Origin: Chloroflexota bacterium
GTDB lineage: Bacteria; Chloroflexota; Dehalococcoidia; Lucifugimonadales; UBA3495
DNA: 55,312 nucleotides
Assembly: GCA_027623675.1 (NCBI GenBank)
Contig: JAQBVF010000023.1
Span: forward strand, 1 to 55,312
Reading direction: 5' to 3'
Part shown: positions 39,925-50,129 of the stretch, piece by piece
How positions within the stretch are numbered: position 1 is the stretch's first letter
Layout: every line of letters begins with the position of its first letter
Notes under the pieces: generated by a model
Told to the model about the DNA's origin: nothing
The model's database searches: none
Seen by the model: only the letters and a program-made list of their open reading frames with translations
Program-made: the position numbers and the translations under genes

Positions 39925-40233
39925 TCAGCCTTTGACCGCTGCCTCGATCCGGCGCCGCGCTTCCTGACCGGTGAGCGTATCCACCGAAACGACTTTGTCC
40001 CGCGAGCTGTGCCCCCGGATTATCCGGACCTTGGACTTACTGCCCCCCAAGGTCTTGGCCAGCAATGCGATCACCCCGGCATTGGCCTGGCCCCCCGTAG
40101 GCGGGGCCGTCACCCGAAGCCGCAGCACCGCATCGCCGGCGCCGCCCGGCTCGTAACCGTCTACCTGGTTGCGGGAGGACTTCGGATGGACCCGCACCGT
40201 GATCACGCAGCTTTCATTTGCTTCTGTGGCCAT
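39925..40233 (-). CDS. DUF167/YggU family protein
   Basis: VRVHPKSSR, VTAPP..GQAN, G.SSRDK. Confidence 0.88.
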   Translation of the reverse strand: MATEANESCVITVRVHPKSSRNQVDGYEPGGAGDAVLRLRVTAPPTGGQANAGVIALLAKTLGGSKSKVRIIRGHSSRDKVVSVDTLTGQEARRRIEAAVKG

Positions 40234-40315
40234 GCTTCAGGCACCCGCCAGGCGTGCTCCACATGCCGTCTGGTATATTAAGTTTGACGTTCCCTCACAC
40301 TGCAGGAGGTTTCCG

Positions 40316-41095
40316 GTGGAGTATAACAACATCAAACTGGACAAAGAAAACCGTGTCGCGACCATCCGCCTCAACCGCCCGGACGCCTTGAACGCCCTGA
40401 GCCCAGAGGTGTTGGCCGAACTCTCATTCGGACTGGCTGAAGTAGGCAATGACGAGTCGATCAAGGCGTTGGTGATCAGAGGCGAGGGACGGGCTTTCTG
40501 CGCCGGGGCCGACCTCGCATACTTCCAGTCCACCTTCGACGAACCGGGCCTGCTGCCAGAATACGTGGCCCAGATCAATGACGTTCTCTGCCAGATCGAG
40601 GGCCTGCCGGTCCCCGCCATCGCGGTGGTCCACGGTTTCGCGCTGGCCGGTGGCTTGGAACTGATGATGGCCTGCGACATGGCGCTGGTGGCCGAAGACG
40701 CCCGAGTCGGCGACCAGCATGTGAACTTTGGCCTGATGCCCGGTGGCGGCTCCACCCAGCGGCTGCCCCGGCGCGTGGGGCTGCAGCGGGCCATGGAACT
40801 GCTCACCACCGGACGGTGGATCACCGGCGCCGAGGCGGTGGCTTGGGGCCTAGCCCTGCGCTCCGTGCCTCTGGAGGGCTTGGACGATGAACTGGAAACC
40901 CTGCTTGGGCCGCTCCGCACCAAGAGCCGCGCCGGCCTGGCGTTGATCAAATCGGTAACGCTCCGGGGCATGGGGCTGTCCGTGAATGACGGGATAGCCT
41001 TGGAGAGCCTGGCCTTCGTGCGATACATGACCACCTCGCCCCATCCCGCGGAGGGCATCCAGGCCTTCACGGAGAAGCGTCAACCCGAGTTTTAG
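40316..41095 (+). CDS. Enoyl-CoA hydratase/isomerase family protein
   Basis: LNRPDALNAL, FCAGADL, GFALAGGLEL, PGGGSTQRLPR. AGGAGG RBS before GTG 40316. Confidence 0.92.
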   Translation: MEYNNIKLDKENRVATIRLNRPDALNALSPEVLAELSFGLAEVGNDESIKALVIRGEGRAFCAGADLAYFQSTFDEPGLLPEYVAQINDVLCQIEGLPVPAIAVVHGFALAGGLELMMACDMALVAEDARVGDQHVNFGLMPGGGSTQRLPRRVGLQRAMELLTTGRWITGAEAVAWGLALRSVPLEGLDDELETLLGPLRTKSRAGLALIKSVTLRGMGLSVNDGIALESLAFVRYMTTSPHPAEGIQAFTEKRQPEF

Positions 41096-41245
41096 GCATG
41101 GTTCCCAAGGCCAGTCGAGCCTGCCTGGTTCGACACCGCACGGGGCCGATGCTATGATTCAGTCTCCCGGTGCCAGCATCCGTACGCAGCAAAACACACG
41201 TTCCGCCCGTTCGATCGATCAGCCGGCGGTCATTGGATATCACCC

Positions 41246-42127
41246 ATGAAGATAAAAGAAATCCTGGCCAAAACACGCCCCGTCTCCTTTGAATTTTTCC
41301 CTCCCAGAAGCGCTGATGGCATCCCAGATGTGCTTGAGGCCATCAGCGAGTTGGCCATCTACAGCCCGGACTTCGTGTCGGTGACCTACGGGGCCGGCGG
41401 GTCGACCCAGGCGTTCACCGAAGAGATCACCCTCCAAGCCAAGAACGACCTGGGAGTGGAGGTGATGGCCCATCTGACCTGCGTTGGTCAGAACCAAGAG
41501 GAACTGGACCGCGTATTGGCGCGGCTGGAGGCTGCGGGCGTCGAAAACATCATCGCCCTGCGTGGCGACCCGCCCCGTGGCTCCACCGAGTTTGTGGCGG
41601 TGGAGGGAGGGTTTCGCCACGCCTCGGACCTGCTGAAACACGTGAAGTCCAACTACGAATTCGGAGTGGCCGCCGCCTGCTACCCGGAGGGACATACCGA
41701 GTCTGTGGACCTGACGGCCGACCTGGAATACGTCAAGAAGAAAGTCGACCTGGGGGCCGATTTCCTGGTCACCCAGCTTTTCTACGACAATCAGTATTAC
41801 TTCGACTTCGTGGACCGCGCCAGGGCCGCCGGCATCCAGGTGCCCATCGTGCCTGGAGTGCTCCCGGTCTTGAACTCGGCGCAGGTCCGCCGCTTCACCT
41901 CCCTGAGCGGGTCGAACATCCCTCCGCAACTGGATGTCCTGCTCGACAAGTACGCCGACAATGAGAATAGCGCCCGCGACATGGGCGTGGAGTACGCCAC
42001 CGAGCAGGTGCGCGGTCTCTGGGATGCCGGCGTGCCCGGCGTTCATTTCTACGTGTTGAACCGCAGCTATTCGGTTTCCCGCATCCTGGATAATCTTCAG
42101 ATTCCCGGGCACACGCGGCCTAATTAA
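41246..42127 (+). CDS. metF: 5,10-methylenetetrahydrofolate reductase
   Basis: SFEFFPP, SVTYGAGG, AHLTC, ALRGDPP, YPEGH, TQLFYD, HFYVLN. Confidence 0.96.
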   Translation: MKIKEILAKTRPVSFEFFPPRSADGIPDVLEAISELAIYSPDFVSVTYGAGGSTQAFTEEITLQAKNDLGVEVMAHLTCVGQNQEELDRVLARLEAAGVENIIALRGDPPRGSTEFVAVEGGFRHASDLLKHVKSNYEFGVAAACYPEGHTESVDLTADLEYVKKKVDLGADFLVTQLFYDNQYYFDFVDRARAAGIQVPIVPGVLPVLNSAQVRRFTSLSGSNIPPQLDVLLDKYADNENSARDMGVEYATEQVRGLWDAGVPGVHFYVLNRSYSVSRILDNLQIPGHTRPN

Positions 42128-42162
42128 CCTATCAGCCAAACAACACTCCCGGTGATCTAACG

Positions 42163-42549
42163 ATGCTTACAACGGGCGTCGACATAATCGAGATTCCCCG
42201 GATAAAACAGGTGTTGGACCGGTACGGCCAACGGTTCTTGAACCGGGTCTTCACCTCTGATGAGATCGAATACTGCCGTGGCCGCGCGCCCAACCTGGCC
42301 GGCCGGTTCGCCGCCAAAGAGGCCGCCATGAAGGCGCTGGGGACCGGCGTCCGAGGCGTCGGCTGGAAGGATATCGAGGTCGTGCGGGCCGACAGCGGCG
42401 CACCCAGCCTGAAACTCCACGGGCGGGCCGGGCAAAGGGCCAAACGATTGCAGATCAGCGAGCTATCCCTCAGTATGTCCCACTCCCGCGAGTACGCCGT
42501 GGCCTTCGTCGTTGCCCAGCGGCCAGGGCCGGACGAGCAACGGGCGTGA
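42163..42549 (+). CDS. acpS: Holo-ACP synthase
   Basis: GVDIIE, AGRFAAKEA.MKALGTG, SMSH. Confidence 0.96.
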   Translation: MLTTGVDIIEIPRIKQVLDRYGQRFLNRVFTSDEIEYCRGRAPNLAGRFAAKEAAMKALGTGVRGVGWKDIEVVRADSGAPSLKLHGRAGQRAKRLQISELSLSMSHSREYAVAFVVAQRPGPDEQRA

Positions 42550-44099
42550 AGATCGTCACCGCCGCCCAGATGACCGCCATCGAACAGGCTTCGGAGAAGG
42601 CCGGAGTCAGCACCGGCGTATTGATGGAGAACGCCGGTCTGGCCGTGGCCGTGGCGGCCCGGGACCTGCTTGGCGGAGCGGCCGGCCGGCGCATCTTGAC
42701 ACTGGTTGGGCCCGGCAACAACGGGGCCGACGGCTTGGTAGCCGCGCGGCACCTGCGGCGCTGGGGCGCCGAGGTAACCTGCTTCGTGGTCTCGGGCCGC
42801 CCTGATCCCGACCCCAAGATGGACCTGGCCCTTGAGTACGGAGTCCGCGTCATCGGAGCCGCTGAGGCCGGAGAGTTGGGCCGCCTGTTGGCCCGGTCGG
42901 CCCTGGTGATAGACGCGGTTCTCGGCACCGGCCGGGCCCGGCCGCTGGAAGGCCCGGTGAAAGAGACCATGCTCAGCCTGGCCAGAGCCCGGTCGGCGGC
43001 ATCCCCGCCCAATCTGCTGGCCCTGGACCTGCCCACCGGACTGAACGCCGACACCGGCGAGGTTGACCCCTCCGGGGTGCCCTGCGACATCACGCTGGCC
43101 CTGGGCTACCCAAAGGCCGGTCTGCTCAACTTCCCCGGTACCGAACACGCCGGTGAGCTGCGGGTGCTGGACATTGGCGTGCCGCCCAACCTGCCCGAAG
43201 AAACTGAGATCGATCTGGAATTATTGGACCGACGCTGGGTTGCAGACCGCCTGCCCCAGCGGCCACTTAACTCCCATAAGGGCACATTCGGACACGTGCT
43301 GGTCATCGCCGGCTCTCGGAATTATGTGGGCGCGGCCTATCTGGCCTCCCAGGCGGCGGTGCGGTCCGGCGCGGGGTTGACCACCCTGGCAAGCCCGGAG
43401 AGCGTCTACCCCATCGCCGCCGCCAAGTCCACCGAGCCCATCCACCTGCCCCTGCCCGAAGACAGTGAAGGCCGGGTCAACCTACAGGCGGCCGAAGTGA
43501 TCTTCAACGGCTCCCGGCGGTACAGCAACATCCTGGTTGGATGCGGACTGGGTCTCTCTGACGGCGTCACGAAGTTTGTTGAAGCCCTACTGTTCAACAA
43601 TGCCAATCGCGGCGTTCCCGTGCTGGTGGACGCCGACGGCCTGAATAACCTGGCCCGGATCTACGGCTGGCCAGAGCGTGTTCAAGGCCCCATCACCCTC
43701 ACGCCGCATCCGGGAGAGATGGCGACCTTAACCGGGCTGTCCAACGCGGAGGTCCAGCAGAACCGGGTGGCCGTCGCCCGCGAGTATGCGGCCAAGTGGA
43801 ACGTTTGCCTGACGCTGAAGGGCGCGAACACGGTGATCGCCCAGCCCGACGGGATGGTCCGGGTGGCTCCATTCGCCAATCCGGGGATGGCCACCGGGGG
43901 CACCGGCGATGTTCTCAGCGGGATTATAGCGGGACTGGCCGCCCAGGGCCTGTCACCGTCGGAGGCCGCCTGCTGCGGCGTTTATATCCACGGTGAGGCC
44001 GGCCGTCAGATGGTCTCCCGGCTGGGCAGCGCTGGGACCGCGGCATCCGACCTGCTGCTGGAGATTCCGGTGGCGATTCGGCGGACCAAAGTTGGCTGA
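42546..44099 (+). CDS. nnr: Bifunctional NAD(P)H-hydrate epimerase/dehydratase (YjeF)
   Basis: LMENAG, GPGNNGADG, DLPTG, SHKGTFG, DADGLN, TPHPGEM, GGTGDVLSG. Confidence 0.95.
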   Translation: MKIVTAAQMTAIEQASEKAGVSTGVLMENAGLAVAVAARDLLGGAAGRRILTLVGPGNNGADGLVAARHLRRWGAEVTCFVVSGRPDPDPKMDLALEYGVRVIGAAEAGELGRLLARSALVIDAVLGTGRARPLEGPVKETMLSLARARSAASPPNLLALDLPTGLNADTGEVDPSGVPCDITLALGYPKAGLLNFPGTEHAGELRVLDIGVPPNLPEETEIDLELLDRRWVADRLPQRPLNSHKGTFGHVLVIAGSRNYVGAAYLASQAAVRSGAGLTTLASPESVYPIAAAKSTEPIHLPLPEDSEGRVNLQAAEVIFNGSRRYSNILVGCGLGLSDGVTKFVEALLFNNANRGVPVLVDADGLNNLARIYGWPERVQGPITLTPHPGEMATLTGLSNAEVQQNRVAVAREYAAKWNVCLTLKGANTVIAQPDGMVRVAPFANPGMATGGTGDVLSGIIAGLAAQGLSPSEAACCGVYIHGEAGRQMVSRLGSAGTAASDLLLEIPVAIRRTKVG

Positions 44100-44212
44100 A
44101 CCAGCTCTTGTTTTTGTCCCGTTTCGCTATGCTATACTGGATAAAACGTGCCTGAGTGAAGCATTTTTAAACCAGAAAGGCCACCGGACCCGACGGCCGA
44201 AACTGAGGACAT

Positions 44213-45136
44213 ATGTCATTTGAATTCTTCCTCGAAAACGCTTTAGACCCAACGGGCCACATATCCGCCGTGGATTTCCACGAGATCTCTGACCTCTCCC
44301 CGGAGGAACTCGGCGCCTTCGCCTCGGCTTGGTTCCACATCCCCGTCGACCGCCAGCGGTCCATCGCGTCCGCAATGGTCGAACACGCCGAAGACAACCC
44401 CGACCTGGACTTTTCCGCCATCTTCAAACTGTGCCTCAGGGGCGACGATGAACCCCTTCTGGAGATCGCCATCGACGGCCTCTGGGAGCATGACGACCGC
44501 TCGGTCATCCCGGGCCTGGTTGATGTCCTACGCTCGCAGAAAGGGTACGAGGTACGCTCCGCCGCGGCCAGCGCTCTGGGCCGATTCACCCAGTTGGCCC
44601 AGGAAGGCAAGCTGCTGGCCAGAGACCAAGAGACGATCCACGACAACCTGATGCAGGTGCTGGAAGACGAAGAAGAACCACTGCCTGTCCGAAGGCGTTG
44701 CCTGGAGGCCCTGGCGCCATTCAACACCATGGAGATCAACCAGCACATCACGCTGGCATATGAGAGCCTGGACCCCGACCTCCGCGCCAGTTCCATCTTC
44801 GCCATGGGCCGCAGCGGTGAGGCCAAATGGCTTCCCATCCTGCTGCAAGAGCTGGAGAATAAAGACCCGGTCATCCGCTACGAAACGGCCCACGCCTGCG
44901 GCGAACTGGGCGAAGAAGAGGCCGTTCCCCACCTGATCCTGCTTTTGGAAGATGACGACTCCGAGGTCCAGTTGGCCGGGATCGGCGCCCTGGGCCAGAT
45001 CGGCGGCCCGCTGGCCAGGAAGGTACTCATGGCCTGCGCAAAGGACGGCGACGCAACCGTTGAGGATGCCGCCCGAATCGAGTTGGAGACCCTAGACGCC
45101 TACGAAGACCCACTCGGATTCGGCGTGGACTCCTAG
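44213..45136 (+). CDS. HEAT-repeat protein
   Basis: Repeated VR..AA.ALG-type helical pairs. Preceded by an extended -10 TGCTATACT near 44130. Confidence 0.85.
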   Translation: MSFEFFLENALDPTGHISAVDFHEISDLSPEELGAFASAWFHIPVDRQRSIASAMVEHAEDNPDLDFSAIFKLCLRGDDEPLLEIAIDGLWEHDDRSVIPGLVDVLRSQKGYEVRSAAASALGRFTQLAQEGKLLARDQETIHDNLMQVLEDEEEPLPVRRRCLEALAPFNTMEINQHITLAYESLDPDLRASSIFAMGRSGEAKWLPILLQELENKDPVIRYETAHACGELGEEEAVPHLILLLEDDDSEVQLAGIGALGQIGGPLARKVLMACAKDGDATVEDAARIELETLDAYEDPLGFGVDS

Positions 45137-45150
45137 CCCTCTAGACTCCC

Positions 45151-45612
45151 ATGCCCGATCTGTCTTCGCACAAGCTCTCCCCGGCCCAGGACCGTTTCCT
45201 GCGTTCGGCGCGCGTCGCCCATTTGGCCACCGCCAACGTCGACGCCCACGGCAATAGCCAACCCTACGTCGTTCCCGTTTGCTACGTCTTCGACGGCGAG
45301 TCCATATTTTCAGTGTTGGACGCCAAGCCCAAGTCCACTCCCCTCCGGCAGCTTCGCCGGGTGCGCAACATCCTGGCCAACCCCAGGGTGTCGTTGACAG
45401 TGGACCACTACGAAGAAGATTGGGCCTGCCTCCGTTACGTGATGGTTTTGGGCGACGCCGAGCTGATTCAAGAGGGGCCGGACTGGACGCGGTCCATCAA
45501 GATGCTCCGCGAGAAATACCCCCAATACCGGGAGATGGACCTGGCCGAAAGCCCGGTGATCAAGATCGCGCCGGCCCGCTTCATCCCCTGGAGCTTCGAG
45601 CCAGAGTTCTAG
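45151..45612 (+). CDS. PPOX-class probable F420-dependent oxidoreductase (Rv0121-like)
   Basis: RVAHLAT, P.VVPVC, DAKPKS..L.R.RNI.ANPRVSL.VDHYEEDW..L, LREKYPQY. Confidence 0.85.
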   Translation: MPDLSSHKLSPAQDRFLRSARVAHLATANVDAHGNSQPYVVPVCYVFDGESIFSVLDAKPKSTPLRQLRRVRNILANPRVSLTVDHYEEDWACLRYVMVLGDAELIQEGPDWTRSIKMLREKYPQYREMDLAESPVIKIAPARFIPWSFEPEF

Positions 45613-45644
45613 CATCCCGCTCCCAGCCTCAATCTCCCCTTCGA

Positions 45645-45673
45645 TTGACACCCGTAGGCGTGCAATCTACACT
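45645..45673 (+). promoter_or_regulatory. Sigma70-type promoter
   Basis: TTGACA-17 nt-TACACT upstream of the TPP enzyme gene. Confidence 0.7.
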
Positions 45674-45746
45674 GGCCTAAAATCGCAGCCCCACTTGGGC
45701 CGCGCTTGGTTCGTCTCGTAATCAGAATTTCGGGCAGGAGTAGATC

Positions 45747-47384
45747 ATGGACGGAGTCACGGCCATCGCCAACATACTGCGGATGGAAGGCGTGGAATTT
45801 ATCGGCTGCGTGCCCTATCAGCCCCTATTGGAAGCAGCGGCCATCGCCGGCATCCGCCCCATCATCTTCCGGCAGGAAGGCACCGGCATCCACATGGTCG
45901 ACGGCTATTCCAGGGTCACCAACGGCAAGCGCACGGGCGTGTTCATGATGCAGAACGGCCCCGGCGCCGAGAACGGCTTCGGCGGCGTGGCTCAGGCATA
46001 TTCTGAGTCGGTGCCCATCCTGCTGCTGCCCGCCGGGATGGCCCGGGAGAAACGGGGCGTCCACCCCAATTTCTACCCCACGCGCAGCTACGAGACCATC
46101 ACCAAATGGTCCGACGAGATGAACATGGTCGAGCGCATCCCCGATCTGATGCGCCGTGCCTTCACCAAGCTCCGCAGCGGAAGACCCGGCCCGGTCCTGC
46201 TGGAGATTCCCGCGGACGTCGCCGCTGCCGAACTACCCGAGGAGCTATTCAACTACGAACCGCCCCGCGTTGTGCGGCAGCAGGCCGACCCCGCCGACGT
46301 AAGCCGCGCCGCCAAGGCCCTGTTGGCTGCCGGCGATCCCATCATCCACGCTGGACAGGGCGTGCTATACGCCGAAGCCACGCCCGAGTTGATCGAGATC
46401 GCCGAGTTCCTCCAGGCCCCGGTGATGACCTCTCTTTCGGGCAAGAGCGCCTTCCCCGAGACCCACCCGCTTGCGCTCGGCGCCGGCGGTCCCAGCACCA
46501 CCGGCATGGTCAATAAATACCTGAAGGGCGCCGACCTGGTGTTCGGCGTGGGTTGCAGCTTCACCAAGACCAACTTTGCCCAGCCCATGCCCCAGGGCAA
46601 AACCATGATTCATATGACCAACGACGAAGACGCCATCGGCCGCGAGGGCAAGTGCGAATACCCCCTGCTGGGCGACGCCAAGCTGGTGCTGCGGCAGGTA
46701 CTGGATGAACTCAAGAGCCAAGCCGGCGCGGCCCGGCCCAACAACCAGGCCCTGCAAGACGACATCGCCGCGGTCAAGAAAGATTGGCTGGCCCAGTGGA
46801 TGCCCAAGTTGACCTCCGACGAGGTTCCCCTGAACCCCTACCGGGTGGTCTGGGACCTAATGCACACCGTTGACCTGGACAACACCATCATCACCCACGA
46901 GTCGGGCAGCGCCAGAGAGTACCTGACTCCCTTCTGGGAGGCCCGCGCGCCCCGCAGCTTCATCGGCTGGGGCAAGTCCACCCAATTGGGCTACAGCCTG
47001 GGCCTGGCCATGGGCGCCAAGCTGGCCGAACCCGAAAAGCTGTGCATCAACGTCATGGGCGACCTGGCCTTCAGCACGGTTGGGCTGGACGTCGAGACGG
47101 CGGTCCGATGCAAGATTCCCACCATGACCATCATCATCAACAACGCCTACATGTCCATCTACGACAACAGCCGGTTCCCGGTGGCGCTGGAGAAGTACAA
47201 CGTAAAGACGCTGTCGGGCGAGTTCTCCGAGGTCGCCAAGGCCATGGGCGCCTACACCGAGAAGATCACCAACCCAACGGACATCATCCCCGCCATCAAG
47301 AGGGGCATCGCCGAAACCGAGGCCGGCAACGCCGTGGTGCTGGAGTTCATCACCAAGGACGAAGGCCAGTACTCCAAGTTCTAG
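45747..47384 (+). CDS. Thiamine pyrophosphate-requiring enzyme (acetolactate synthase-like)
   Basis: RQE...HM.DGYSR, GPGAEN, GRPGPV.LEIP, GWGKSTQLG, GD...INN. Confidence 0.9.
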   Translation: MDGVTAIANILRMEGVEFIGCVPYQPLLEAAAIAGIRPIIFRQEGTGIHMVDGYSRVTNGKRTGVFMMQNGPGAENGFGGVAQAYSESVPILLLPAGMAREKRGVHPNFYPTRSYETITKWSDEMNMVERIPDLMRRAFTKLRSGRPGPVLLEIPADVAAAELPEELFNYEPPRVVRQQADPADVSRAAKALLAAGDPIIHAGQGVLYAEATPELIEIAEFLQAPVMTSLSGKSAFPETHPLALGAGGPSTTGMVNKYLKGADLVFGVGCSFTKTNFAQPMPQGKTMIHMTNDEDAIGREGKCEYPLLGDAKLVLRQVLDELKSQAGAARPNNQALQDDIAAVKKDWLAQWMPKLTSDEVPLNPYRVVWDLMHTVDLDNTIITHESGSAREYLTPFWEARAPRSFIGWGKSTQLGYSLGLAMGAKLAEPEKLCINVMGDLAFSTVGLDVETAVRCKIPTMTIIINNAYMSIYDNSRFPVALEKYNVKTLSGEFSEVAKAMGAYTEKITNPTDIIPAIKRGIAETEAGNAVVLEFITKDEGQYSKF

Positions 47385-47452
47385 CCCCGTAACCGCCGGT
47401 TGATTGGCCGGCAGTGGCGTGGTCTAAACAGATAATCTGGTTGAGGTGCCGG

Positions 47453-49063
47453 TTGCCCGATTTCGTTCTAGTTCTCGGGGTGATTGCCATCGTCCTTACG
47501 GTAACCGCCCTGGCGTCCGGCTTGGTTGAGCGGTCGCCGCTGTCGTTCCCGTTGATGTTCCTGGGCCTGGGGTTCCTGCTGGGAAGCCGGGGGTTCGCCG
47601 CGCTGGAAGTCGGCCCCCATTCCCCCGTACTGGAAGTGGTGGCGACGCTAACCTTGGCCCTGGTCCTCTTCCTAGACGCGGTCAAACTCCAGGTGGACGA
47701 GCTGGGGAAGCGGTGGGTGGTCCCGGCGCTGATCCTTGGCCCGGGCACCGCCTTGATCATAGCCGTCGGCGCTCTTCCCTTCGGCCTATTCCTCAACTTT
47801 GGCTGGATACTGGCGTTCATCGGCGGCGCGGTCCTGGCATCCACCGACCCCGTAGTTCTTCGCGAGATCCTGCGCGACGAGCGCATCCCCCGCCCAATCA
47901 GACAGGTGCTCAAGATCGAAGCTGGCATGAACGACCTGGTCGTGCTCCCGGTGGTCTTGGTGCTGATCGCAGTGGCCACCGACCAGGGAGGCAGCGCCGG
48001 CGGTTGGAGCGTGTTCCTGATCAAGCTGCTGGTCTTGGGACCTGTGATCGGGTTCGCCGTGGGTGGACTTGGTTCGTGGCTGATGAACTGGATCGACCTC
48101 AAGATGACCATCCGGCCGGAGCATCAGTCTCTCTACGGTGTGGGGCTGGTGCTGGCGGCCTACTCGGCAGCCACGGCTGCGGGCGGAGACGGGTTCCTGG
48201 GCGCGTTCGCGGCCGGACTGGCCGTGGTATTGCTGAACCAGTCCCTCTGTGATTGCTTCTTGGAATACGGCGAAGTCACCTCCGAGATGGCCATGCTTTT
48301 GGCCTTTGTGCTGTTCGGTGTGGTGCTCTCCGACATGGTTGGCACGGTGGACGTCGTCCCCACGTTGGTCCTGGCGGGCTTGGTGATCTTTGTCATACGC
48401 CCGGCGGTGTTGGGCGTCGTCTTGGCCAAAGCCCGGATGAGTTGGCAGGCCCACGCCTTCATCTGTTGGTTCGGGCCGAGAGGACTCAACTCCCTGCTGC
48501 TGGCCCTGTTGGTAGTCCAGGCGGGCATTCCTGGCTCCGAATTGCTGTTGGCCACGGTCGGCGTGGTAGTCATGGCTTCGGTGGCCATCCACGGCGGAAC
48601 GGCGACCCCGGTGGGCGTATGGTACGGCCGGACCGCCGCGGAGGAGACTCTGGAAGAGGAGCGTGAGAGCACCGTAACCGGCCTCTTCGGCGACCACGAG
48701 GACCACGTTCCCCTGATAACACCCCAAGAATTATTCTCCCGGCTCTCCCAACCCAACCTACCGCTGGTGATCGACGTGCGGACCCGGTCCAGCTACAACC
48801 AACAGGGCACGAGGATCCCTGGCTCCGTGCGGGTGCTTCCGGACCAAGCCGTTGAGTGGGCCACTGACCCAGACCCTAACTTTCCGCTGGGGCAGGAGTT
48901 GGTCGCCTACTGCAATTGACCCGACGATGCAACTAGCGTCCGTGTGGCGCAGCAGCTTAGGGACCAGGGACTGGAAGTATCGGCGTTGGCCGGGGGCATC
49001 GACGCCTGGAGAGCCTTGTACCCCGTGGAAGCGGTCGAGACCGCCGCTCAACCCCAGCGATGA
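47453..49063 (+). CDS. CPA1 (NhaP-like) cation:proton antiporter fused to a C-terminal rhodanese domain, probable selenocysteine at TGA 48917-48919
   Basis: LASTDP, EAGMND and WFGPRG (CPA1). Then VIDVR...Y...RIPGS...VAYCN-TGA-PDDATSVRVAQQLRDQGLEVSALAGGIDAW, with the rhodanese fold continuing in frame for 47 codons past the TGA. GAGG RBS before TTG 47453. Confidence 0.85.
48929..48956 (+). promoter_or_regulatory. Candidate bacterial SECIS hairpin
   Basis: Upper stem GCG-(U bulge)-CC / GG-CGC closing loop GUGU. The loop starts with G, 22 nt after the UGA. Folded by eye. Confidence 0.5.
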
Positions 49064-49212
49064 CATTAGGTTCTTGAAATAAACCGGCGTCTCGGCTGAA
49101 ATGTACTGGTCTACTCCTTGAGGCCGGGGCTATATCCTGTAGACGTCATGGTTCCGGCTGATCTATTCCCCCACGCCAGCAACCCGACACCTGGTTCGAG
49201 GAAATTGACGCC

Positions 49213-50013
49213 ATGACGCTTCCCTCCGCACCCAGCCATACGACCCCGGCCCATCAGCCCGGCAAAACCGGCACTGAAACTTTCGCCAAAGATTCAACCG
49301 CCCGCAAGGGAAATGCCGGGCCACGCCAGCCCACGGTCCACGAGATGCCCACCGGCGAAAGACCCCGGGAAAGACTGATTGAATACGGCTCCAGGAACCT
49401 GAGCAACACAGAGCTCATCGCCATCTTGCTGCGCACAGGGTACTCCGGCGAGAACGTGATCTCACTATCGTCCCGGCTCCTGACCCGCTTCGGCGGTCTG
49501 GCCGGGCTGGGCAAAGCCGCCTTTGCCGAACTCTGCGGCGAGAAGGGCCTGAGCGAAGCCAAAGTCTGTCAGTTGCTGGCCGCGTTGGAGTTGGGCCGCC
49601 GCTTCATCTCACTGGCCCCGGAAGAGCGCATCATAATCAGCACGCCGCAGGACGCCGCCAACCTGGTCACCGGCGAGATGGGCCTGTTGGACCAGGAGCA
49701 CCTGCGGGTTATACTGCTGAACACGCGTAATGAAGTGCTCAACACCCATGAGATCTACGTGGGAAACGTCAACAGTTCAGTGGTGCGCCCGTCCGAGATA
49801 TTCCGGCCGGCGGTACGGAACAACGCTCCGTCACTGATCGTGGTCCACAACCACCCCTCGGGCAACCCAGCGCCCAGCGACGACGATATCGCCATTACGG
49901 AAGACCTAGTCGCGGCGGGCAAACTGCTGGGGATCGAGGTGCTGGACCATCTCATCGTGGGCAGCGGGCTCCGTTACGTGAGCATGAACGAAAGCGGCCA
50001 GGGGTTCAGCTAG
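49213..50013 (+). CDS. radC: RadC/YicR (UPF0758) JAB-domain protein
   Basis: ERPRERL, ELIAILLRTG, HNHPSGNPAPSDDD, LDHLIVG. Confidence 0.93.
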   Translation: MTLPSAPSHTTPAHQPGKTGTETFAKDSTARKGNAGPRQPTVHEMPTGERPRERLIEYGSRNLSNTELIAILLRTGYSGENVISLSSRLLTRFGGLAGLGKAAFAELCGEKGLSEAKVCQLLAALELGRRFISLAPEERIIISTPQDAANLVTGEMGLLDQEHLRVILLNTRNEVLNTHEIYVGNVNSSVVRPSEIFRPAVRNNAPSLIVVHNHPSGNPAPSDDDIAITEDLVAAGKLLGIEVLDHLIVGSGLRYVSMNESGQGFS

Positions 50014-50129
50014 TCGGAGGCCTTGCCTGCCGGGTGATTCTGGGTAAACAATAGGCATGCGCCTGCGTGGACCAGGCGCATGCCGCCAAGTCAGTCGGAG
50101 ATTAGCCGGCGACAGATTGAGGGTAAACG

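Noticed and set aside
49185..49200. LexA box upstream of radC
   Set aside because: GACA-CCTG-GTTC mismatches the GAAC-N4-GTTC consensus in the left half.
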